From NCBI RefSeq assembly GCF_002335805.1, contig NZ_NISU01000002.1:488843-520842 (forward strand): a stretch of 32,000 nucleotides of DNA, in the 5' to 3' direction. The position numbers were made by a program, and so were the translations under genes. The DNA comes from Bacillus sp. FJAT-45350. GTDB lineage: Bacteria > Bacillota > Bacilli > Bacillales > NISU01. Below the pieces are notes generated by a model. The model worked only from the letters and a program-made list of their open reading frames with translations. It ran no database searches and was not told where the DNA came from. Numbering within the stretch: position 1 is the stretch's first letter; each line of letters begins with the position of its first letter. This document shows, piece by piece, positions 7,657 through 15,945 of this stretch.

Positions 7657-9333
7657 ATGGTGAGAGAGATGAAGGGTTCAATTCAAGCTGTCATGTGGAT
7701 TATGTGGACAGCTGCATTAGCAGCGTATGTGTACTTATTCGTCTCTTTTCCGTTCTCACACGCCGACCCTTACGGCCTTTTTGACTATATAATATTTGGA
7801 TTATTAGCAATATTAGTTTCCTTTTTTCCTATTTTTTACCGGGAGTATTCTATTGTCATATTTCAATGGGTATCATTAGCAAGCTTTTTGCTATTTGGTA
7901 TATTCGTAGAGATTATTATTACCCAAATTGCTGTATTAACAACAGTTATCATTACAGGGATTAATCGCCATAGCTTATATCGGATACCAATGAATTCTAT
8001 TATGTTTCTCTTATCTTCTATTGCATCAGCAGCGGTCTATTATAGCATCCTTACTCTTTTCTCAGTGTTACCTGAAACGATGTTGACGATAATTGGGGCT
8101 TTTGCATACGGTATTACATTTATTATCGTAAATCATCTTGGGATTTTCTTTATAAGGAACGTACTTAGAAAAATTCCTTCAAAGTTCTTTACGAAAGGGT
8201 TTAATACAGAGCTTACTCTCGGATCGCTAGTGTTGCCGATTGGGGTAATAGTCGTGATGCTATATAGTGAAATTGGAAGGATAGCTGCTGTCTACATGGG
8301 GTTTTCTTTTATCGGTATGTCGTTAATCTTTAAGTTATATCATGAGAGCCGACGCTTAAACAAAAAATTAAAAGAAGTTAGTTTATTCGGTTATGAGTTA
8401 GGGGCTTGCTTAAATCGAAAAGAACTAGTGGGACTTTTTCTACAAAAACTAAAACAAATATTTACTCTTGACGCAATCCATATATATCGTATTACTAACG
8501 GAGAAATGAAGCTAGTTGAAGTATATAACCAAGAAGGAACAACTCTAAATGAAGAACTTATTAAGCAAGTTAGTCTTGCTACTTTTGAAGAGAAAAAAGC
8601 GCAAATTCGAAAGAATAAAAAATCAATTCTTTCAGTACCGGTGTATCAGAAAAATGATTTTACAGCGATTGTTACAATCGCGTTAAATGAAGAACGAGCT
8701 TTTCAAAAATGGCATCAGATGATCTTAGAAATAATGACAAACTATTTAGCTGTTGCAATGGATAACGCTACTTATTATGAAAAGAAAAAAGATGAGAGTG
8801 AGCGCTGTCATTTAACAGGACTGTACAACATTCGTTATTTCGAAAGAGCACTTGAGAAGGAAGTTGTGGCTAGTATTAGCAAGAACGAGAAATCGTCTGT
8901 CATTTTACTAGACCTCGACCATTTTAAAAAAGTAAATGACACATATGGCCATCAAGCAGGAAACGATGTTCTATGTAATCTAGCAAACATCTTAATTCAA
9001 GCCACAGATGACAAGGGTATTGTAGCTAGGTACGGTGGGGAAGAATTTGTAGTACTTCTTCCTAATACAGCAGAAATTGAAGCAAACCTAAAGGCTGAAT
9101 CGATAAGACAGACAATAGAAGAACATCCTTTTGTAGTGAAAAATGACTTAGAAAACGGGGAGTCAGTAACGATTCAAATCACTGCCAGTATCGGTGTAGC
9201 GACAAGTATTGCAGATGAATCAAGTCCAATGGCCCTATTGCGGAATGCTGATAGAGCGATGTATACAGGGGCGAAGCAGAAGGGACGGAATAAGGTGGCT
9301 GCTTATGCACCAGTTAGGGCAGAGATAACCTAA
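7657..9333 (+). CDS. multi-pass membrane GAF-GGDEF diguanylate cyclase
   Basis: About 6-7 N-terminal TM helices and a central GAF-like segment (...ILEIMTNYLAVAMDNATYYEK). The C-terminal GGDEF domain has LTGLYNIRYF, DLDHFKKVNDTYGHQAGN, an intact GGEEF and RNADRAMYTGAKQKGRN. There is no RxxD I-site five residues before GGEEF (KGIVARYGGEEF). An alternative start is at 7669. Confidence 0.9.
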   Translation: MVREMKGSIQAVMWIMWTAALAAYVYLFVSFPFSHADPYGLFDYIIFGLLAILVSFFPIFYREYSIVIFQWVSLASFLLFGIFVEIIITQIAVLTTVIITGINRHSLYRIPMNSIMFLLSSIASAAVYYSILTLFSVLPETMLTIIGAFAYGITFIIVNHLGIFFIRNVLRKIPSKFFTKGFNTELTLGSLVLPIGVIVVMLYSEIGRIAAVYMGFSFIGMSLIFKLYHESRRLNKKLKEVSLFGYELGACLNRKELVGLFLQKLKQIFTLDAIHIYRITNGEMKLVEVYNQEGTTLNEELIKQVSLATFEEKKAQIRKNKKSILSVPVYQKNDFTAIVTIALNEERAFQKWHQMILEIMTNYLAVAMDNATYYEKKKDESERCHLTGLYNIRYFERALEKEVVASISKNEKSSVILLDLDHFKKVNDTYGHQAGNDVLCNLANILIQATDDKGIVARYGGEEFVVLLPNTAEIEANLKAESIRQTIEEHPFVVKNDLENGESVTIQITASIGVATSIADESSPMALLRNADRAMYTGAKQKGRNKVAAYAPVRAEIT

Positions 9334-9341
9334 TTTGTTAA

Positions 9342-9386
9342 GGCTGACTTTAAGGTTGACAATTCACCTTTTGGTCAGTCTTTTTT
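9342..9386 (+). terminator. intrinsic terminator after the GGDEF gene
   Basis: Two-part stem (ggctgac/gtcagtc and aaggt/acctt) followed by tttttt. Confidence 0.6.
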
Positions 9387-9505
9387 CATTTTATATCTTT
9401 CTAGTGGAAAAAAGTAAACTAGGTCATATTAAAAAAAGTCAGCATTTATAAAGGTTATAATTAATAATCTAATAGTATGATTACATCGATAAGAGGACAG
9501 TCGAC

Positions 9506-10570
9506 ATGAAAAAACTTTTATTCTATCAAAGTATTACATTCGCTTTTATTTTTTCTGTTTTGTTTATTGTGTTCGTATTTGGTTCAATGGAACAAACGAT
9601 GTTCTCTAAAGAAAAGGGTCAACGTGTATCTACAAATCACACATTTAAGCACATAGCGGATAATGTTCAAACGGAAGATGTAGGTGAACAAAGGAGAGCT
9701 GCTATTATTCGGGAACCAATTCGTATTGTTTTTGCTGGTGATTTGATGATGAGTGGCTCGATTGTACATACCGTTGAAACACATGGAGTTGATTATCCTT
9801 TTCACTATGTACGAGATGAGATTAAAGAGGCGGATTATGCAGTCGTTAACCTTGAGACAGCAGTTACGACAAGAGGGGAGTCATTTGCATATGACAAACA
9901 GTTTACCTTCAAAATGCCTCCACATTACCTAGAAGGAATAAAAAATGCTGGCTTTGATATGGTTTCGTTAGCTAACAATCATACAATGGATTACCGAGAA
10001 GAGGGACTTATAGATACGATAAATTATTTGAAGGAATACGAGATTGATTACATTGGAGCAGGCGAAAATAAAACGGAAGCTTATAAAGCTCACTTTGTTG
10101 ACATTAAAGGCAAAAAGGTTGCGTTCTTAGGATTTTCACGAGTACTCCCTACTGGTACATGGTATGCGCAAGAGAATAAGCCAGGAATAGCAAGTGGCTA
10201 TCAGCTTGATAGAATGGAACGTATAATTAAGAAGACAAAGAAAAAAGCAGACTACGTACTCGTCTATATCCACTGGGGAATTGAACGACAGCAAACTCCT
10301 GAACAATACCAAGTGAATAAAGGAAAAGCAATGATAGACGCTGGTGCTGATGCTATTATTGGAGCTCACCCACATGTACTACAACCAATTGAAGAGTATA
10401 AAGGCAAGCCAATTGCATATTCATTAGGAAATTTTTTATTTCCTGACTATGTTAGTGGACCAACAGCGGAGACGGGACTGTTGACGCTTGTGTTGGATGG
10501 GGATGAGGTTGGTTATGAGTGGAGGGAGTATGTGATTACTAATGATCAAATACACCCCGTCGGTGAGTAA
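9506..10570 (+). CDS. CapA/PgsA-family (metallophosphatase-fold) membrane-anchored protein
   Basis: N-terminal TM helix. Family motifs FAGDLM, VVNLETAVT, LANNHTMDYREEGL, IHWGIE, GAHPHVLQP and SLGNFLF. Confidence 0.85.
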   Translation: MKKLLFYQSITFAFIFSVLFIVFVFGSMEQTMFSKEKGQRVSTNHTFKHIADNVQTEDVGEQRRAAIIREPIRIVFAGDLMMSGSIVHTVETHGVDYPFHYVRDEIKEADYAVVNLETAVTTRGESFAYDKQFTFKMPPHYLEGIKNAGFDMVSLANNHTMDYREEGLIDTINYLKEYEIDYIGAGENKTEAYKAHFVDIKGKKVAFLGFSRVLPTGTWYAQENKPGIASGYQLDRMERIIKKTKKKADYVLVYIHWGIERQQTPEQYQVNKGKAMIDAGADAIIGAHPHVLQPIEEYKGKPIAYSLGNFLFPDYVSGPTAETGLLTLVLDGDEVGYEWREYVITNDQIHPVGE

Positions 10571-10760
10571 GGCTGCTGAAAAAAAGTGTAATTTTCACTT
10601 TTTTTGTGGCCTTGAAGTAATGCGCGAAGCCGTTGCTCCATTCAAAAGCTTACTATGAGTGGTTTTCTCATATCAAGCGCGCAACGTGCGGAGTCATTAC
10701 CGCTTCTCGAATCGTCTAGTTTGGACTTTTTCAGCGCTCTCTCGGTGAGTGACGGGGTGT
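10551..10760. repeat. GC-richer structured intergenic element bounded by inverted repeats
   Basis: acaccccgtc (10551-10560) is the exact reverse complement of gacggggtgt (10751-10760). Just inside, gctgaaaaa (about 10574-10582) pairs with tttttcagc (10727-10735). cggtgagt occurs as a direct repeat at both ends. The interior has an internal hairpin (aaaaaagtg/cacttttttt, 10578-10606) and a gcgc-rich core unlike the flanking AT-rich DNA. Confidence 0.35.
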
Positions 10761-10764
10761 TCTA

Positions 10765-11751
10765 TTAATATATTACGTTAATCGATCCATCTAGTATGCC
10801 CCACTCATTTATATCGTAGTGGTATTCATATTGAAGTGCAGGAGGACAAAGCAGGTTGTTGTTTTCAATAAGATAGGAATATGGTTTCCAGGAGCCGTTT
10901 ACATTGAGATAAGGAGTTCCTCTGACACAAACATTTGTCCCACTACCGTTAAAGTTAATTGGTGATTTAAAGTATGCATCACCAGATACGGTAAGAAGTC
11001 CATTACTCCCATTAAAGGTTAGGTCACTTTCAAAAAATGCATTACCACCAATCATGAGTACTCCATTACCTCCAATAACAACAGGTCTAGTGAAATGAAC
11101 GGAAGAAAATAACTGTGACCGACTATTACCGGATAAGCTCACGTTAGTTGTATATTTTTGTAAAGGTAAATCATTTGGATCGACAGGTATGCCGCCATTT
11201 TCTACAGGTTCATTACCTGTTTGGTAGGACCCTTTATTTTCAATGTTAAAAGTGACCACAACATCTTTTACAGACTTTGAAATATTTTCAGTAATTCCTG
11301 TACTTCTAATTTCAATCAACATATTTTTAAAATCAGTACAATTATTAGTATTAGTTGTAGTTTTAGAATTGATGATAATAGGTGCATTGTAATCAATGTC
11401 ATAGGTATAGCTTGAATTTGATTCAAATGAGAATTGTTTAGGTAAAGAAGTTGACTGTAACCTGTTTCTAATTTTTTCACAAAAGATCCGATCGTTGTTA
11501 ACGGTCTTAATATTTGGGTCTGCTTTTGCCTCTTTTATGGCCATTGCAATTTCGCTTTCTATTAAGGCAACCGAATATTGAATTCCCATCTCTGCTATGT
11601 CTTTTGCTTGAGTCATGGATTCTGTTTTTCCTATTTGTAAAGCAGTATTTAACGTTTTTGAAAAGAGAAGAGGTGCAAAGATCATAATTAAGACGATTGT
11701 TAATAGAACGAGGAGTAACGTATAACCACGTTCATTCATGATAGATTTCAT
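10765..11751 (-). CDS. PilX/GspK-like minor pilin-like protein (328 aa, no Glu5)
   Basis: The N-terminus MKSIMNERG/YTLLLVLLTIVLIMIF resembles a class III signal peptide but lacks Glu at +5. Last gene of the minor-pilin sub-operon. GGAGG RBS. Confidence 0.6.
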   Translation of the reverse strand: MKSIMNERGYTLLLVLLTIVLIMIFAPLLFSKTLNTALQIGKTESMTQAKDIAEMGIQYSVALIESEIAMAIKEAKADPNIKTVNNDRIFCEKIRNRLQSTSLPKQFSFESNSSYTYDIDYNAPIIINSKTTTNTNNCTDFKNMLIEIRSTGITENISKSVKDVVVTFNIENKGSYQTGNEPVENGGIPVDPNDLPLQKYTTNVSLSGNSRSQLFSSVHFTRPVVIGGNGVLMIGGNAFFESDLTFNGSNGLLTVSGDAYFKSPINFNGSGTNVCVRGTPYLNVNGSWKPYSYLIENNNLLCPPALQYEYHYDINEWGILDGSINVIY

Positions 11752-11765
11752 TAGTTACACGCCTC

Positions 11766-12236
11766 CTACAACCGCATTCTACTAATAATTGTACTTATTT
11801 CAAAAGTGTTATTTGGATTTGATTTATCCGTTAATACAAGTTGTTTAATGTGAAGGGCAGTTCTAGGGTTTATTGAATATGAGTTATTTTCTAGACTGTT
11901 GGTGTCTATTGTTGAAGATACATCATTCTCAGGCTGAAACTCTAAAAAAATATCATAGTATTGACTTGTAATTACCTGTGTATCCAAAACAATTTTCCAT
12001 ACACCATCAACAATTGTATATTCAATTTTGTAGTCACTATACGAATTCACATGAACTTCTCTTATAGTTGAAATAATTAAATTAGCTTCTTGTCGTAAAT
12101 TACTATGCTTTTCACTTATCGATTTCTGGTTATAACTTTGTATTAAAACACTTGATACTAGTCCCATCACAATAAATGTAAGAGTGAGCGTAGCCAATAA
12201 TTCTATTAACGTAATACCTCTTTTATTAAACATCAC
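11766..12236 (-). CDS. prepilin-type N-terminal cleavage/methylation domain protein (minor pilin, 156 aa)
   Basis: MMFNKRG/ITLIELLATLTL has Gly-1, Glu+5 and a hydrophobic helix. 4-bp overlap with the upstream gene. Confidence 0.8.
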   Translation of the reverse strand: MMFNKRGITLIELLATLTLTFIVMGLVSSVLIQSYNQKSISEKHSNLRQEANLIISTIREVHVNSYSDYKIEYTIVDGVWKIVLDTQVITSQYYDIFLEFQPENDVSSTIDTNSLENNSYSINPRTALHIKQLVLTDKSNPNNTFEISTIISRMRL

Positions 12237-12736
12237 TCTTTCCCCCTAATATATCCAAATGTTTCAGCGAGCTTAATGTTGGTAGAGGTACTATCTGAAT
12301 CGAAAATTTTGATGTGAACGAGGTACATGACTGGAAACTCAGGTTTAGTAAAATCAATTGATGTTTGTTTGGTTATGGTAACTTCCGGGTAGTAATACTT
12401 ATCGTTTTCTTCATAAAAACAAGATAGACCCTCAAGTTCATTTATTAACAAATTGGGATATACTGTGGGGTAGTCCGAACAGGTAATAACATGGTCATTT
12501 ACTATATTTCTATTATATTCCATCTCGACAATTCGAAGTGTTTTTTGTGCTAGGTTATATGCAACAATTCTATCACCATTTTTATTAGAGAAAACTAACG
12601 ACTGACTAAAAAAACTAAAAAACGTTGTTAAAACAATGGTTAAAATGACAACAGATGCCAAAACTTCAAGTAATGTGAAGCCTTTTTGTGTGAATAGCTT
12701 TCGCAAATACACGTTGATATCCCCTTTGACTATCAC
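12233..12736 (-). CDS. prepilin-type N-terminal cleavage/methylation domain protein (minor pilin, 167 aa in track)
   Basis: ...FTQKG/FTLLEVLASVVIL is a canonical class III signal. The track start is GTG 12736. An internal GTG at 12712 sits 7 nt after AAAGGGGA and would give a more typical 11-aa leader. Confidence 0.8.
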   Translation of the reverse strand: MIVKGDINVYLRKLFTQKGFTLLEVLASVVILTIVLTTFFSFFSQSLVFSNKNGDRIVAYNLAQKTLRIVEMEYNRNIVNDHVITCSDYPTVYPNLLINELEGLSCFYEENDKYYYPEVTITKQTSIDFTKPEFPVMYLVHIKIFDSDSTSTNIKLAETFGYIRGKE

Positions 12737-12771
12737 TATGAAAGAATAGTATTTTAGTTAAATTAATCACC

Positions 12772-12800
12772 ATGTTAATGTGTTTTATATGAAAAGTCAA
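12772..12800 (-). promoter_or_regulatory. candidate sigmaA-type promoter for the 12736-10765 minor-pilin sub-operon
   Basis: The minus strand reads TTGACT (12800-12795), a 17-nt spacer, then TAACAT (12777-12772), placed 35-65 nt upstream of the first gene. Confidence 0.3.
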
Positions 12801-12911
12801 AGGGATTTTTAATGTATATTTAGGGGGACCTTAATAATATTTAAACAGTTTGGTAGTTTGTTGAGGAGTAATTTATTTTATGTGATTTTAATGAGTAGAC
12901 CATATGTATAA

Positions 12912-12948
12912 TTTAACCAACCCCATCCAAAGGAAGGGGTTGGTTAAA
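12912..12948 (-). terminator. strong hairpin after the 594-aa pilin gene
   Basis: A 13-bp perfect stem tttaaccaacccc / ggggttggttaaa with an 11-nt loop. The trailing U-tract is weak, so terminator function is uncertain. Confidence 0.45.
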
Positions 12949-13010
12949 GAGTTACGTTTCATTGTAGTTATACTGGTATGTTTGTTGAATGATATGGAAC
13001 CTATTTCCTT

Positions 13011-14795
13011 TTAAGGACATTGGTTAAACGATTTATAAATAGTAGTATTAATTTTTAACCCGAAGTCATTTTGTTTTAGGTTACCACAAATTCTCTGGTT
13101 ATTTTCATTATTTTCAATAGTGGATGAACCGTCTTTTGTTAGTACACCTCCTTCTCCTAAAAACTCCATATCTTGGACATATAACTTATCTGAAGAGTTG
13201 GAGCTAGTCATTCTAAAGTCAACACTTTCTGCGTTTCCTGAATTTCCAGACCCAGTAGAATTTAATACTGCTCTATTCGCTTTTATATAGCCTCTACTGA
13301 ATATATCAATTCTTTTTACTGCCGTTAACTTGGAACCTTCCATTTCTATATTATTGCCATTTAGAGATATATAACTGTGTTGACTATTACCATCACTAGT
13401 AAAGTCAGCTCCATTAATTATTATGTCACCATTAGTGGATGTAAGTGTAATTGATTGGTTTCCATTGACGGTCCCAGTGATTTGAACTCCTTCTTCGACG
13501 ACTACACCTAAGGGAGCTGAATATTCTATTACACTTTCTTCAAATTTAACTGTCCCAACGCTACTTGTTATAATCAACTTCTGATTAGTATTTTCTGCAG
13601 TTAATATAATTTTAGGTTGTAAAGGTACAATAGTCTGATTTCCTTCAGAATCTTCTTCAATTACATAGCCTGGTTTAAAATTAGAGTTTGCATCTGTTAC
13701 ATTAAATCTTCTTTGTTTACTAGTTATTTTACACTCAACTTTTGCCGTAATTAAAATTTCGTCCCCGCTAGCAATTGAATGTGTAAGCTGGATTTGATGC
13801 TCTCCAGGGGAAATAAAATTGGTTTCAATTGTAAATGTGTTATTGTTCACTCTCTCAATGGTGATTTTTGCAGGAGCAGAATCATGATTGATAATGGTTA
13901 CACTATTGTCTCCTGCCTTTGGAATATTTTTTAACCCAGGTGGTTTTGTAATTTCAGTTATAGAACCACAGGAGTTACTAATAATAAAAGTTACTGGAAT
14001 ACTTAGTCGCTTATTATCAGCTTTAGCCCATATAACGATTTCATCATTATCTTTTAACAAAGGTACAGGAATATTGTGGCTACCACTACTATAATAATTT
14101 TCTTGGGTATCAACATTTATTCCATTTATAGTAATTATAAACTGCACATCATGGCTATCATTATTATGAATGGTAAGAGTAGCATCACCAATAGAAGGTT
14201 CATGTTCCAATGTAGGTGTTTTAGTCTGATCTAATAAAGCATCTTCTTTTTGAAGTAAAGAAAAGGATATAATTTCTTTAATATTATTTTGGAAAGTTAA
14301 TTCAAGACTAACCTGATGAAATGTTGACAAATTTCCACTATGACAAAGTTGTTCATTGTTGATAAGGGAAGGCGAACTCCAAGAAAAAATTCTAATGTCT
14401 TCTGCTACAACATAAGGGCTTAATATTTGCTCTTGACCTTCTCGTTCTATTTCTTTGACTAAAATTCCATCAGTTCCAGCTTCAGGTAAATAATATTCTC
14501 CTTGGTTTGTAGAAAGAACAAAACCACAATTCCCATTGATGTTTTCTGTTTCTATTAGCTTGTTACTTTTATAAAATAAGTTATCTACTAGTTGATTTTT
14601 CAATATCCTTGTATCTAATCGTTCCTGTGAATTTGTAGAAAGGATGTTATTAAAGGTAAAACTTTGAACTATTAAAGCATAGCTTCCTGCAATAACAAAA
14701 CCAATGATAGTAAGAGCGGCAAGGAGTTCTATGATGGTTATCCCTTTCGAGTTAAAATAAGGAAAGAATGTACCTTTACGTTTCATGATACTCAT
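13011..14795 (-). CDS. large modular type IV pilin (594 aa) with grafted repeat and beta-helix-like modules
   Basis: Class III signal ...FNSKG/ITIIELLAALTIIGF. The likely start is ATG 14786 (MKRKG...), 10 nt after GAAAGG. Two tandem repeats of about 80 aa lie at residues about 192-272 and 283-365. The C-terminus is G/N/S-rich and repeat-like. The terminal Cys570...Cys593 pair resembles a pilin D-region. Confidence 0.8.
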   Translation of the reverse strand: MSIMKRKGTFFPYFNSKGITIIELLAALTIIGFVIAGSYALIVQSFTFNNILSTNSQERLDTRILKNQLVDNLFYKSNKLIETENINGNCGFVLSTNQGEYYLPEAGTDGILVKEIEREGQEQILSPYVVAEDIRIFSWSSPSLINNEQLCHSGNLSTFHQVSLELTFQNNIKEIISFSLLQKEDALLDQTKTPTLEHEPSIGDATLTIHNNDSHDVQFIITINGINVDTQENYYSSGSHNIPVPLLKDNDEIVIWAKADNKRLSIPVTFIISNSCGSITEITKPPGLKNIPKAGDNSVTIINHDSAPAKITIERVNNNTFTIETNFISPGEHQIQLTHSIASGDEILITAKVECKITSKQRRFNVTDANSNFKPGYVIEEDSEGNQTIVPLQPKIILTAENTNQKLIITSSVGTVKFEESVIEYSAPLGVVVEEGVQITGTVNGNQSITLTSTNGDIIINGADFTSDGNSQHSYISLNGNNIEMEGSKLTAVKRIDIFSRGYIKANRAVLNSTGSGNSGNAESVDFRMTSSNSSDKLYVQDMEFLGEGGVLTKDGSSTIENNENNQRICGNLKQNDFGLKINTTIYKSFNQCP

Positions 14796-14853
14796 ACCTT
14801 TCTAAGTCAACTAGAATGCTTGAACACTACAATATCTAGCTTTGCCTGTTATT

Positions 14854-15354
14854 TTATTCTCGACTTATCTCTATATAATTTAATGAAGGATTTTCGTTTT
14901 CGACACCAGCTACTAGCTGGAGAGTTGCTTTCATTTTGAAAGGAACAGGAGTGGGTGTTTGACAGGTAACCTCTAACTGGTACTGGCTAGGGTCTCTAAA
15001 AAAGATGTCTTTAAGATCACCGCTTTCTCCGTCGTAATGGAGTGTATAATGACTTTGATTTACATATGTACAACTTTCCATAGGATTGGGAAGCTGCCTT
15101 CCATCATAATATGTTGTTGTAGGTTCATGCTCTTCTTTTATAATTGATAAAACGTCTTCATAAATCCTTGCTCTTTCAACCTCAATCATTCCTTCAACCG
15201 TATATCTCGCTACTGCTAGTTTTTCAATTTTGTTATTTCCTTTTAACTCATTAACTAACATAGACATTATCATGGCTGCAAGCATTGAAATGATAACAAT
15301 GGCAATCATTACAGTTAAAAGTGCTATCCCTTTTTGGTTGAACAACTTTTTCAT
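14854..15354 (-). CDS. pilin-like protein lacking Glu5 (PilX/GspK-like, 166 aa)
   Basis: MKKLFNQKG/IALLTVMIAIVII has Gly-1 and a hydrophobic helix but Thr at +5. Confidence 0.65.
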   Translation of the reverse strand: MKKLFNQKGIALLTVMIAIVIISMLAAMIMSMLVNELKGNNKIEKLAVARYTVEGMIEVERARIYEDVLSIIKEEHEPTTTYYDGRQLPNPMESCTYVNQSHYTLHYDGESGDLKDIFFRDPSQYQLEVTCQTPTPVPFKMKATLQLVAGVENENPSLNYIEISRE

Positions 15355-15381
15355 ACTGAGAACCTCTCAATTTCTTTATTA

Positions 15382-15771
15382 TCAGGGTCTAAAGAGTTGT
15401 GTTGTAATTTCAATTGGAGAGCCTGTGTCCATATCAACAGTTATGGTAACTTCGTACAACTTATTTAGACTATTAGGGTCAATTAGATTTGAAGAACTTG
15501 ATACATCTATAGATAGATTGAAAAGTTTATTATTCATTGTATTACTACAATTAGTAACAGTAAAACCTTCAATGTCAGTTTCACTTTTTACAAGCTCCAT
15601 ACAATTTTGAGCAACCAATAATCCATCTAACCTTTCCTGGTTAATCTGATTTGCAGTTAAACCGTTTCCGAGCATTGTACTAAAAGAAATGGCGAATATT
15701 CCAAGTATAGACATTGCCAAAATGACTTCAAGCAATGTTAGGCCATCTTGTTTTTCTTGTATAATTTTCAT
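15382..15771 (-). CDS. prepilin-type N-terminal cleavage/methylation domain protein (minor pilin, 129 aa)
   Basis: MKIIQEKQDG/LTLLEVILAMSILGI is a canonical class III signal. First gene of the minus-strand pilin block. Confidence 0.8.
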   Translation of the reverse strand: MKIIQEKQDGLTLLEVILAMSILGIFAISFSTMLGNGLTANQINQERLDGLLVAQNCMELVKSETDIEGFTVTNCSNTMNNKLFNLSIDVSSSSNLIDPNSLNKLYEVTITVDMDTGSPIEITTQLFRP

Positions 15772-15945
15772 AGTTTCACCTTAAGTGTAAGTTTTTTATT
15801 TTAATAATTTATTATGTAGGTGTAATTGTGGTTTCTCAGCTTTTAATATATCTTACTTTATTATACAATGACTATATTGTATGTTACTAATTTCATATAA
15901 ATGTATTTATATAAATATGACTTTAGTTAGAGAAGAGGTGCGTCT

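Noticed and set aside
1815-10570. A common 'polyglutamate' module linking the RimK-like genes, folC and the CapA-family gene
   Set aside because: folC is a backbone gene in its conserved position. The CapA-family gene has no CapB or CapC partners and is separated by the GGDEF gene. The thematic similarity is probably coincidental.
15230-15610. 126-aa plus-strand ORF
   Set aside because: It spans the junction of two minus-strand pilin genes in antisense, with no RBS.
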